Source: Aciduliprofundum boonei T469 (GTDB lineage: Archaea; Thermoplasmatota; Thermoplasmata; Thermoplasmatales; Aciduliprofundaceae). Taken from it: a stretch of DNA of 32,000 bases. Below are positions 20,636 to 28,113 of the stretch, one piece after another (position 1 is the first letter of the stretch; every line of letters begins with the position of its first letter). The notes below the pieces were generated by a model. It saw nothing but the letters and a program-made list of their open reading frames with translations, searched no databases and was not told the origin of the DNA. The stretch lies in the NCBI RefSeq assembly GCF_000025665.1, contig NC_013926.1, positions 390,001-422,000 on the forward strand, read 5' to 3'. The translations under genes and the position numbers were made by a program.

Positions 20636-21619
20636 ATGGATTACATACTAAATGTTAAAGATTTGAAAAAATACTTCCCCGTACGCAGAAGCTTTGTAGA
20701 AATATTGAAAAAAGCACCAGAGAGATATGTGCGTGCTGTGGATGGAATAAGCTTCAAAATTAAAAGGGGCGAGACGCTAAGCCTAATAGGAGAGAGTGGA
20801 TGCGGTAAAACAACAGCCGGAAGGACCATATTGAGACTTATAGAGCCCACTGGAGGAAAAATAATATTCAATGGGAAGGACATAACAAAAATACCCGAAA
20901 AAAAGCTAAGACCCATAAGAAGAAAAATGCAAATTATATTTCAAGATCCTTATGCGAGTTTGAGCCCAAAAATGAAGATCGGTGAGGCAATAGCACATCC
21001 CCTATTGATCCATGGATTAGCTGATAAAGAGGAAGCAAAGGAGAGAGCTTTGAAGATGTTGAAGAGAGTGGGATTGACACCAGAAGAGGAGTTCTATGAG
21101 AGATACCCACATCATTTGAGTGGAGGACAAAGGCAGAGGGTGGTTATAGCCAGGGCCATGATTCTAAAACCAGAGTTTATAGTAGCTGATGAAGCAGTAT
21201 CTATGATAGATGCATCTATGCGCGCATCAATTTTAGAACTTTTAAACGATTTTAAAAAAGAGTACAATTTGAGCATGCTGTTCATCACCCACGATATAGA
21301 CATTGGAAAATTGATAAGCGATAGAATAGCGGTTATGTATCTCGGTAAAATAGTGGAAATAGGGAAAGTTAAAGATATTTTAAATAATCCACAGCATCCA
21401 TACACAAAGGCACTGATGGAAGCTGTACCTTCCATAGCCAGAAGAAAGAGAAAGAAGAAAGTAAAGATAAAGGGTGAAATTCCAAATGCCATAGACATAC
21501 CACCCGGATGCAGATTCCATCCGAGGTGCCCATTTGCTATGGATATTTGCAGAAAAAAGGAGCCAGAAATGGTGGAAATCGAGCCGGAACATTTTGCAGC
21601 ATGCCACCTTCTTAAATAA
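20636..21619 (+). CDS. Peptide ABC transporter ATPase (OppF/DppF-type)
   Basis: Walker A GESGCGKT, signature LSGGQRQR and Walker B FIVADEAVSMID. The C-terminal extension reads CRFHPRCPFAMDIC...C. ATG 20636 follows GGTGAT and sits 1 nt after the upstream stop. The 15-codon extension in the ORF track is rejected. Confidence 0.93.
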   Translation: MDYILNVKDLKKYFPVRRSFVEILKKAPERYVRAVDGISFKIKRGETLSLIGESGCGKTTAGRTILRLIEPTGGKIIFNGKDITKIPEKKLRPIRRKMQIIFQDPYASLSPKMKIGEAIAHPLLIHGLADKEEAKERALKMLKRVGLTPEEEFYERYPHHLSGGQRQRVVIARAMILKPEFIVADEAVSMIDASMRASILELLNDFKKEYNLSMLFITHDIDIGKLISDRIAVMYLGKIVEIGKVKDILNNPQHPYTKALMEAVPSIARRKRKKKVKIKGEIPNAIDIPPGCRFHPRCPFAMDICRKKEPEMVEIEPEHFAACHLLK

Positions 21620-21623
21620 TTTT

Positions 21624-22007
21624 TTATTTCCCTCTTGGAATTTTTGGTGAGGCATAGATGGGGGCTGGCTCTTCGACCTCTCTTATTAAATGGCTTCTTA
21701 TTATCAAATTATCCACAGATATGTACAATCTGTAAGTGTAAATACCCAAGAGAATCCATCCAAAGATGAAATTCAAAATTGTTGACATTTTCAATTTTTT
21801 TCGAGAGTATTCGTAATCTTCCTTTAAATAACCATTCTTTCCCTGGTTCATAAGAAGTGTGGAAAAAATATTCAAGAGTGAGAAAATTATACCAATAATT
21901 CCCCAAGGAAGAAAGAATATACCCCATAAGGCATTAACTCCTGCCGTGAGAATAGAAAGAAGAATGCCAAACTCTATGGACTCTCCAATTCCCCTATCCA
22001 TTTTCAT
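21624..22007 (-). CDS. Hypothetical small membrane protein
   Basis: 127 aa with about three hydrophobic helices (FGILLSILTAGVNALWGIFFLPWGIIGIIFSLLNIF; ILNFIFGWILLGIYTY). The ATG lies about 28 nt from a palindromic TATA element (22029-22042). No family recognised. Confidence 0.45.
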   Translation of the reverse strand: MKMDRGIGESIEFGILLSILTAGVNALWGIFFLPWGIIGIIFSLLNIFSTLLMNQGKNGYLKEDYEYSRKKLKMSTILNFIFGWILLGIYTYRLYISVDNLIIRSHLIREVEEPAPIYASPKIPRGK

Positions 22008-22028
22008 TATGAGTTTATGATTTTACTC

Positions 22029-22042
22029 TTATTTAAATATTT
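22029..22042. promoter_or_regulatory. Palindromic TATA-like element in a divergent intergenic region
   Basis: TTATTTAAATATTT lies between the divergent membrane-protein gene (start 22007) and rph (start 22084, SD GAGGGG). Confidence 0.3.
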
Positions 22043-22083
22043 GCCATCAAAAAATTATTTATCGCAAATTCCATGTAGAGGGG

Positions 22084-22788
22084 ATGAGAAATAGAAAACC
22101 CGATGAAATAAGAAATGTGGAAATCATTCCAAATTACCAGAAAAAACCCTATGGCTCCGCATTAATAAAACAAGGAGATACCGTAGTTCTATGCTCCGCA
22201 CAGGTTATAGAAAATGTTCCAGATTGGCTAAAAGAGCAAAATTCTGGATGGTTAACTGCCGAGTACTCTATGCTTCCCGGTTCTTCAGAAACAAGGATAT
22301 TCCGCGATAGAGGCCATGTAAATGGTAGGAGCAAGGAAATTGAGAGAATAATAGGTAGATGTCTCCGGGCCGCTGTGGACCTGAAAAAATTAGGCCCTAG
22401 AACGATATGGATCGATTGTGATGTTATCCAAGCCGATGGGGGAACGAGAACTGCGAGCATAACTGCAGGGTTTGTAGCACTCTCTTTAGCAATAAGAAGA
22501 TTGATGAAGGAAGGAAAATTAGGCGAAAACCCAATAAAATACAAAGTTGCGGCTATAAGTGCAGGAATTGTTAATGGTGAACCACTTTTGGATTTAGCCT
22601 ATGAAGAAGATTCCCAAGCGGATGTGGACATAAATATAGCTATGAACGAGGAAGGAAAGTATATTGAGATACAGGGCACATCCGAGAAAGAGCCGCTGAG
22701 CAGAGAGAATCTAAATATATTGCTTGATCTTGCAGAAAAGGGAATAAAAGAATTATTTAAAAAGCAAGAGGAGGCCCTTAATGTGTAG
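22084..22788 (+). CDS. rph: Ribonuclease PH, bacterial type
   Basis: By eye it aligns along its whole length with my recollection of E. coli RNase PH. Shared segments include YGSALIKQGDTVVLCSA, GWLTAEYSMLPGS, GRSKEIERIIGRCLRAAVDLKKLG, DCDVIQADGGTRTASITAG, VAAISAGIVNGEPLLDL and EIQGTSEKEP. Confidence 0.9.
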   Translation: MRNRKPDEIRNVEIIPNYQKKPYGSALIKQGDTVVLCSAQVIENVPDWLKEQNSGWLTAEYSMLPGSSETRIFRDRGHVNGRSKEIERIIGRCLRAAVDLKKLGPRTIWIDCDVIQADGGTRTASITAGFVALSLAIRRLMKEGKLGENPIKYKVAAISAGIVNGEPLLDLAYEEDSQADVDINIAMNEEGKYIEIQGTSEKEPLSRENLNILLDLAEKGIKELFKKQEEALNV

Positions 22789-23440
22789 ATTTGTAGCTGT
22801 GATATCAAAGGAAGACATGCCTCTACAACCCTATTTTTCATTTCTATTAGAGCAGGCAAAAAATGGAAAGAGAGCTCCACATCCTGATGGCTTTGGATTC
22901 TGGATAAAGAGCAGAAAAGGAGAGTATGTTTACAAATCCACATTACCAATCTGGGAAAATGATATCACCATACCTAATGGAAAAATAGGATTTTTTCACG
23001 CAAGAAAGAGAGGAGAAAAGGGGGCGGATGTGGATATAAAAAATGTTCATCCATTCATTCGAGAAGGAGTGTTTATGCACAATGGATTTTTAAATATTCC
23101 AAAGCATCCAATGGCTATTGGGAATACCGATACAGAGAGTTTTTTTCTCACTCTGCTAGAATATGGGGTGAAAGAAGGAGTGAAAAGAATAATAAAAAAT
23201 TACGATTTTAAATCTTTAAACTTTGTGATGCATTATAAGGAAATGCTCTATGTTTTGCGACTAGCCAAAGAGTTGCAGGATTATTTCACCATTTTCATAA
23301 AGAGAGATAACGAGAAAATAGTAATTTCCACAGAAAAAGATAACAACTCTTGGGAAGAAGTAAAAAATGGTGAACTATGGATTATAAATCCTGGTCTTGA
23401 GATTGATAAATCTTGTATTTACCAAGATATGTGCCATTGA
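22781..23440 (+). CDS. Class-II (Ntn) glutamine amidotransferase-like protein, stand-alone
   Basis: Starts Met-Cys (MCRFVAV), giving the Ntn nucleophile Cys after Met removal. Also has HARKRG...NVHPF, HNGFLN and TDTESFF motifs. Its ATG overlaps the rph stop by 8 nt. Confidence 0.7.
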   Translation: MCRFVAVISKEDMPLQPYFSFLLEQAKNGKRAPHPDGFGFWIKSRKGEYVYKSTLPIWENDITIPNGKIGFFHARKRGEKGADVDIKNVHPFIREGVFMHNGFLNIPKHPMAIGNTDTESFFLTLLEYGVKEGVKRIIKNYDFKSLNFVMHYKEMLYVLRLAKELQDYFTIFIKRDNEKIVISTEKDNNSWEEVKNGELWIINPGLEIDKSCIYQDMCH

Positions 23441-24086
23441 GAAGATAAACTTCCATACTGGTAACAAGATCATTTGTAAACAATGGACCGAGGGGCTTGC
23501 CTATTGCTGCCCCAACTAAAGGGTTGAAAGCGGGCAAAATCAAGATTGACAGATCTCTCCCATATTTTTCAATTCCTTTTTCATTGAGACCACCATACAA
23601 AAAGCATGCCATTTTGTTAGATTTCCTTAATGAATCAAAAAGCTCTATTTCAGGATGCATATGTCCCATAAACAAAAAATCAGCGTTAACCACATCCTCC
23701 GAGAGCCAAGAGTGCCCATGAATAAATCCGTACTTCCCTATTCTAAATCCCTGTGGAGGATATACCTTAAAATCTACCATTTCCTCGATTCCACCATCAT
23801 GATTTCCCTTCACTGCCATTATCTCGTAGGGCATGTCTTCAAAAAATTCTCTCACATAACGAGGTGTACTCAATATACTATGCTTTATATCTCCCAGAAT
23901 TATCAACCTATTTGCTTCTGTTTTTACCATTATATCTTCAATCCTATCTCTCATGCTCTTCCATTGAGAAGGAACAAGGATACCTCTTTCCCTCAATTCA
24001 TCCTCATATCCTATATGCAAATCTGTGATTATCACAGCAGATATATCTTCAAGATACACTGCCCTCTCATTCCACAATATCTTCAT
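23382..24086 (-). CDS. Calcineurin-like metallophosphoesterase (archaeal SbcD/Mre11-related small phosphoesterase type)
   Basis: The motifs appear in canonical order: DLHIGYE, GDIKH, GNHD, HGH and GHMHP. Confidence 0.8.
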   Translation of the reverse strand: MKILWNERAVYLEDISAVIITDLHIGYEDELRERGILVPSQWKSMRDRIEDIMVKTEANRLIILGDIKHSILSTPRYVREFFEDMPYEIMAVKGNHDGGIEEMVDFKVYPPQGFRIGKYGFIHGHSWLSEDVVNADFLFMGHMHPEIELFDSLRKSNKMACFLYGGLNEKGIEKYGRDLSILILPAFNPLVGAAIGKPLGPLFTNDLVTSMEVYLLNGTYLGKYKIYQSQDQDL

Positions 24087-24720
24087 CTCTCACACCGTAA
24101 CGGAGCAATATCCCTGAGCCAAGCGGTTTACATTCTAAAAATTTCAATCTTATAACCTCATTCTCATTTTTTGCGCCTATGCCCTCTACAAGCGATGGGG
24201 CACCACCTCCAATCACTAAGGAGCCAACAAAGACATTTAACTCATCTACCAAATTCTCTCGCAAAAATGAAGAAATAACCGTACCTCCTCCCTCAACCAT
24301 AACGCTTTTAATTCCTCTTTTCCACAACTCGTTTAAAAGACATTTCAAATCAACCTTATCTTTCCCGCATATTACTATCTCAGCATTCAACTCTCTAATC
24401 TTTGCATTTTCCGTAGTCGCTATAATAGTTTTTGCGATACTATTCAAGACCCTTGCATTTTTAGGTATTCTCAATTTTGAATCTAAAACTACCCTTACTG
24501 GATTCTTCGCATTTGCCACATACTTCTCCTTCACAGTCAATTTAGGGTCATCTTTTAAGATAGTATTTATACCAACAAGAATTGCATCTACGCTAGCGCG
24601 CATCTTATGCACTCTTTTAAAATCCTCCTCATCGCTTATCTTTATCCTCTTCCCACCAACAAGTGCTATCTTACCATCCACACTCATTGCAGCGTTGATT
24701 ATAACCTTGGGCCTATCCAT
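24067..24720 (-). CDS. 2,5-diamino-6-ribosylamino-4(3H)-pyrimidinone 5'-phosphate reductase (RibD C-terminal-domain family)
   Basis: PKVIINAAMSVDGKIA, KMRASVDAILVGINTILKDDPKLTV, VVLDSKLRIP and VEGGGTVISSFL match the RibD_C/DHFR-like fold. The size (about 217 aa) fits the archaeal stand-alone reductase. Start taken at MDRPKV. Confidence 0.8.
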   Translation of the reverse strand: MDRPKVIINAAMSVDGKIALVGGKRIKISDEEDFKRVHKMRASVDAILVGINTILKDDPKLTVKEKYVANAKNPVRVVLDSKLRIPKNARVLNSIAKTIIATTENAKIRELNAEIVICGKDKVDLKCLLNELWKRGIKSVMVEGGGTVISSFLRENLVDELNVFVGSLVIGGGAPSLVEGIGAKNENEVIRLKFLECKPLGSGILLRYGVRDEDIVE

Positions 24721-24724
24721 AATC

Positions 24725-25501
24725 TTACCTCCCAAACCTTCTCTGTCTCATTTGATAGGAGCGAATTGCACGAAGAAAATCTATCTTGCGAAATGTTGGC
24801 CAGTATATATCTGCAAAATAGAACTCACTATAGGCACTCTGCCAAAGGAGAAAATTGCTTATTCTCTCCTCACCGGAGGTACGAAGAATTAGATCTGGAT
24901 CTGGTAAATCTCCTGTATAGAGGTGCTTTCTAACAGTTTCTTCTGTTATATCCTCTACCTCCAATTTTCCATCTTTGACCTCTTGAGCGATCTCCTTTAT
25001 GGCCTTTATTATCTCTTCTCTTCCTCCATAAGCTATGGCTATATTAAAAAAGAATTCATCATAATTTTTCGTCCTCTCTTCAGCATACTCTATCGCTTCC
25101 CTTAATTCTTCTGGAAGCACCTCCCTTTGCCCTATAACTTTTATTCTTATCTTGTTTTTATGGACTCTTTCATCATCGGCTGCTTTTTTTAAATTCTCAA
25201 TAAACAATCTCATAAGCTCCAGAACTTCCTCTCTACTCCTCTTAAAATTCTCCGTAGAAAAAGCATAAACTGTTAGGATTTTTATTCCTATCTCCCTGCA
25301 CCATTCAATAACTTCTTCCAACTTGTCCTTACCTTCACGATGTCCCTGAGTGGGTTTCATATCCAACTCTCTGGCAAATCTCCTGTTACCATCCATTATT
25401 ATACCAACATGCTTTGGAATTTTTCCTTCTTTAACTAACTTTAGAAGTTTTTTCTCGTAAGCCCTGTATGCTGTGTCCACTAACCCTTCTGTAAAATCCA
25501 T
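24725..25501 (-). CDS. uppS: cis-Prenyltransferase (undecaprenyl/di-trans,poly-cis polyprenyl diphosphate synthase)
   Basis: HVGIIMDGNRRFA, LTVYAFSTENFKRS, DLILRTSGEERISNFLLWQSAYSEFYF and RRFG match the UppS family. Confidence 0.92.
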   Translation of the reverse strand: MDFTEGLVDTAYRAYEKKLLKLVKEGKIPKHVGIIMDGNRRFARELDMKPTQGHREGKDKLEEVIEWCREIGIKILTVYAFSTENFKRSREEVLELMRLFIENLKKAADDERVHKNKIRIKVIGQREVLPEELREAIEYAEERTKNYDEFFFNIAIAYGGREEIIKAIKEIAQEVKDGKLEVEDITEETVRKHLYTGDLPDPDLILRTSGEERISNFLLWQSAYSEFYFADIYWPTFRKIDFLRAIRSYQMRQRRFGR

Positions 25502-26100
25502 TGCCCCATTATTCCCCTTATCTTATTTATCTCTTTTCCCTGCAAAAGGAATATGAGAATATCTCCCTCATTTAAAATCGTGTCAGGAGCAGGATTTTTT
25601 ATCAGATCATTTCCTCTTTTTATGGCTATAATTAATCCTATTTTCTTCCTTATGTCAGTATCCTTGATTTTCTTACCTACATAAACCTTGGGTAATTTCA
25701 ATCCTATCAATTGAAGCTCCTCTGAGACAATAACCCTTTCAATAAAAGATGCCACTTTTGGAGCCAGTAAATACCTTAGAATCTCTTTACCCACTATCTC
25801 ACTCTCTAGGACCACATAATCGGCTCCTGCACCGTACACCTTACTCACACTTTCTTTTTTCTTTACAACGACTGCAATCTTTATCTTTGGGTTTAATTCT
25901 CTAGCTAATAGTGTAACATAAATATTCTTTTCATCACTATCCATAGCGATTATTATGGTATCCTCTTTCTTTATTCCAGCTTTTATGAGAATCTGGGGGT
26001 CTGCAGGATTGCCCTTGATACTATTCTTACCCTCCGCATTTTCATCTATTATCTTTCCCCCCAATAGTTTAGTTATTGAGTTATACCCGCAGATAAGCAA
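25480..26100 (-). CDS. Stand-alone RCK unit (TrkA-N plus TrkA-C), in frame with and directly after the channel gene
   Basis: Begins LLICGYNSITKLL, matching the first strand of the RCK Rossmann fold (compare HVIIAGYNDVADII in the upstream gene). The TrkA-C end reads ILNEGDILIFL. The TTG at 26100 directly follows the upstream TAA and lies 5 nt after GGGGGTG. Confidence 0.7.
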   Translation of the reverse strand: MLICGYNSITKLLGGKIIDENAEGKNSIKGNPADPQILIKAGIKKEDTIIIAMDSDEKNIYVTLLARELNPKIKIAVVVKKKESVSKVYGAGADYVVLESEIVGKEILRYLLAPKVASFIERVIVSEELQLIGLKLPKVYVGKKIKDTDIRKKIGLIIAIKRGNDLIKNPAPDTILNEGDILIFLLQGKEINKIRGIMGQWILQKG

Positions 26101-27063
26101 TTAGACACCCCCTTTAAACACTAGAAGAATATCCCCCTTTTTCAGTATCATCTCCGGTTGTGGGTTTACCAGCAACTGCCCGTCCCTGTATATCCCTATT
26201 ATCAAACCCTTTTTCTCCCGCATATTGAGCTCCATTATGCTCTTGCCTGCGCACTTATCAACTTTTTGCTCTTCCAGAACCATATCCTTGAAAATTTCAC
26301 CTGCAAATTTATGTACAAAATCATTTTTTATCCAGTGAGAGAGAACAGAACCTATTAATTCATCCCTAGAAACAACAACATTTGCACCGCATTTTTTGAG
26401 AATGTCCTTGGCGCTATCCTTGTGAGAGAGAGCAATTATATTAAGTTTGTCATTCAATTTTCTCCCAGTTATTACCGTAACTGCATTCATTTCATTATCC
26501 CCTATAGCCACTAGGGCCTTTGCCCTCCCAATATTTGCCTTGATTAAATTCTCCATCTCTGTTGGCTTTCCATTTACAGATGGTTTATCTACTGGAGCAT
26601 TCTCATCAACAATAACAAATGGTATGTCCAAAAAGTCCAATTCATCCATTATAATGTCTGCCACATCGTTATAACCAGCTATTATTACATGGGCATCTTG
26701 GGGCACAGGCATTTTTTTATCTTGCACAGCATTCTTAACTTTTAACTCTATCCAGGGACCTAAAAGCGCTTGTATACCTCCGAAAATCACACCAAGACCA
26801 AATATCAAATAAAATATTGTGAACCATTTACCAATCTCGCTATGTAAACTCACACCTGATGGATAATATCCCAGAGTGGAAATTGTAACAACGCTAAAAT
26901 ATATTGCATCTGTAAATGTAACGCTCTCATGTTCAACGAAAATTTTTATTAGTACATACCCCAAACTCCCAATCATTATGGTGGATAGAACCATAAGAAT
27001 GAACAAAATCAGCCGGTTCTTGAGAGGGAATGAGGAAATCATTGTGAAGTATATACTAATCAA
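26101..27063 (-). CDS. Two-TM pore cation channel with a C-terminal RCK domain (MthK/GsuK-like)
   Basis: TM1, then a pore helix and filter (FTDAIYFSVVTISTLGYYPSG), then TM2. RCK follows (HVIIAGYNDVADIIMDEL ... TrkA-C ILKKGDILLVF). The start could be TTG 27063 or ATG 27042. Confidence 0.78.
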   Translation of the reverse strand: MISIYFTMISSFPLKNRLILFILMVLSTIMIGSLGYVLIKIFVEHESVTFTDAIYFSVVTISTLGYYPSGVSLHSEIGKWFTIFYLIFGLGVIFGGIQALLGPWIELKVKNAVQDKKMPVPQDAHVIIAGYNDVADIIMDELDFLDIPFVIVDENAPVDKPSVNGKPTEMENLIKANIGRAKALVAIGDNEMNAVTVITGRKLNDKLNIIALSHKDSAKDILKKCGANVVVSRDELIGSVLSHWIKNDFVHKFAGEIFKDMVLEEQKVDKCAGKSIMELNMREKKGLIIGIYRDGQLLVNPQPEMILKKGDILLVFKGGV

Positions 27064-27128
27064 TCATTTAGATTTTACCATATGCAGAGGAAAATTAATA
27101 AATATTGATTATGCAATTCCCCTCCGTT

Positions 27129-27362
27129 ATGGGAATAAAAACATATCTGAAAATAACCTTCAACAGTGAAGGAGCGAGCCCAAGCGAGATAATGAGCAGA
27201 CTGCAGTCCTTAGGATTTAAGCCAATAACAGGTACCTACGATATGGTCTACGAGTGGGATAATGGTGCAACGGTGAAAGATGCCATATGGTTTGCAGACA
27301 AAGTGTATGAAACTCTAAAGGGTTACAATGTTCTTTTCCAGTTGGAAACTATCTCAGAATAA
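27129..27362 (+). CDS. Hypothetical small protein
   Basis: The ORF is open from TTG 27105. ATG 27129 (MGIKTYLKITF) lies about 25-30 nt downstream of AAAATTAATAAATATT. Composition looks like a compact alpha/beta protein. No family recognised. Confidence 0.4.
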   Translation: MGIKTYLKITFNSEGASPSEIMSRLQSLGFKPITGTYDMVYEWDNGATVKDAIWFADKVYETLKGYNVLFQLETISE

Positions 27363-27683
27363 TCATTTTCTATAAACATACCTTTTATATGCCCCACACC
27401 TGAGACATTTTATTACAACCTTACCCTTTTTGAGCCTTACTTGTGCCGTTTTACCAGGAAGTAAGAAGGTATGACATTTCTTGCAGTACATTCTCTTCAT
27501 ATCTCTTGGAATTCTAACATTGTATTTCTTTGATAAATTTACCATATGCTCAACATATCTTCTAGCAAGTTCTTCATCTCCTTCCAATGCCCTCTCTTGA
27601 GCTAAGGAGAATAGTATTTTTATTCTTTCTCTCGCAATCCTCTGTGCATATTTTTTCCTTTGATTCACGGGATCTCCACGCAC
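27363..27683 (-). CDS. rnp4: RNase P protein component 4 (Rpp21/Rnp4)
   Basis: An N-terminal helical region (IARERIKILFSLAQ ... LARRYVEHMVNLSKKYNVRIP) is followed by a zinc ribbon (CKKCHTFLLPG ... VVIKCLRCG). The start could be GTG 27683 or GTG 27668. Confidence 0.85.
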   Translation of the reverse strand: MRGDPVNQRKKYAQRIARERIKILFSLAQERALEGDEELARRYVEHMVNLSKKYNVRIPRDMKRMYCKKCHTFLLPGKTAQVRLKKGKVVIKCLRCGAYKRYVYRK

Positions 27684-27836
27684 ACATTGTTTAAAAACTT
27701 TGCTCTTTACAGGCTCTCTTTTAATTTTATTAAATCGTATTAAATTTATAAATCCGTGCTACACTGCCTCTGATAGCAATTCTTACAAAAAAATATTTAT
27801 ACAAGAATGACAATACCTTTTATGGGGTGACTGAAA

Positions 27837-28106
27837 ATGGTAGGAATAAGCGAATTGGCAAAAACCGTAGCAAAGAAAACTGGTGTAAGCCAGAAGCAGG
27901 CAAGAATGGTCATAAGGGCCTTTGTTGATGAGGTTATTGACCAGGTGAACAAGGGAAATAAGGTAAATCTTGTAGGATTTGGAATATTTGAGCGCCGTGT
28001 TCAGAAGGCAAGAAAGGCAAGAAATCCAAGAACAAAAGAAGTTATTAATGTCCCTGAGAAGAAGAAGTTTGTCTTCAGGGCATCAAGCAAGATCAAGTAT
28101 CTCTAA
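27837..28106 (+). CDS. HU/IHF-family DNA-binding protein (HTa-like archaeal chromatin protein)
   Basis: 89 aa. ELAKTVAKKTGVSQKQARMVIRAFVDEVIDQVNKGNKVNLVGFGIFERRVQKARKARNPRTKEVINVPEKKKFVFRAS is the classic HU fold pattern with an RNPRT arm. SD is GGGGTGA, with ATATTTATA upstream. Confidence 0.9.
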   Translation: MVGISELAKTVAKKTGVSQKQARMVIRAFVDEVIDQVNKGNKVNLVGFGIFERRVQKARKARNPRTKEVINVPEKKKFVFRASSKIKYL

Positions 28107-28113
28107 ATCCCTC

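Noticed and set aside
24179-24892. 237-aa + strand ORF
   Set aside because: It is antisense to the reductase and uppS genes, with low-complexity Ser/Thr/Phe/Ile-rich sequence and no motif or SD.
26101-26103. Calling the channel/RCK locus a pseudogene because of the in-frame TAA
   Set aside because: Both parts are intact, complete domains. The restart codon is preceded by an SD-like GGGGGTG and falls exactly at a domain boundary. I therefore report it as a finding to test rather than as a pseudogene.
27684-27836. Possible C/D-box or other small RNA in the 153-bp AT-rich spacer between rpp21 and the HU gene
   Set aside because: There is no RUGAUGA C box paired with a CUGA D box at appropriate spacing, and no GC-rich stem. 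The region is better explained by two divergent promoters.
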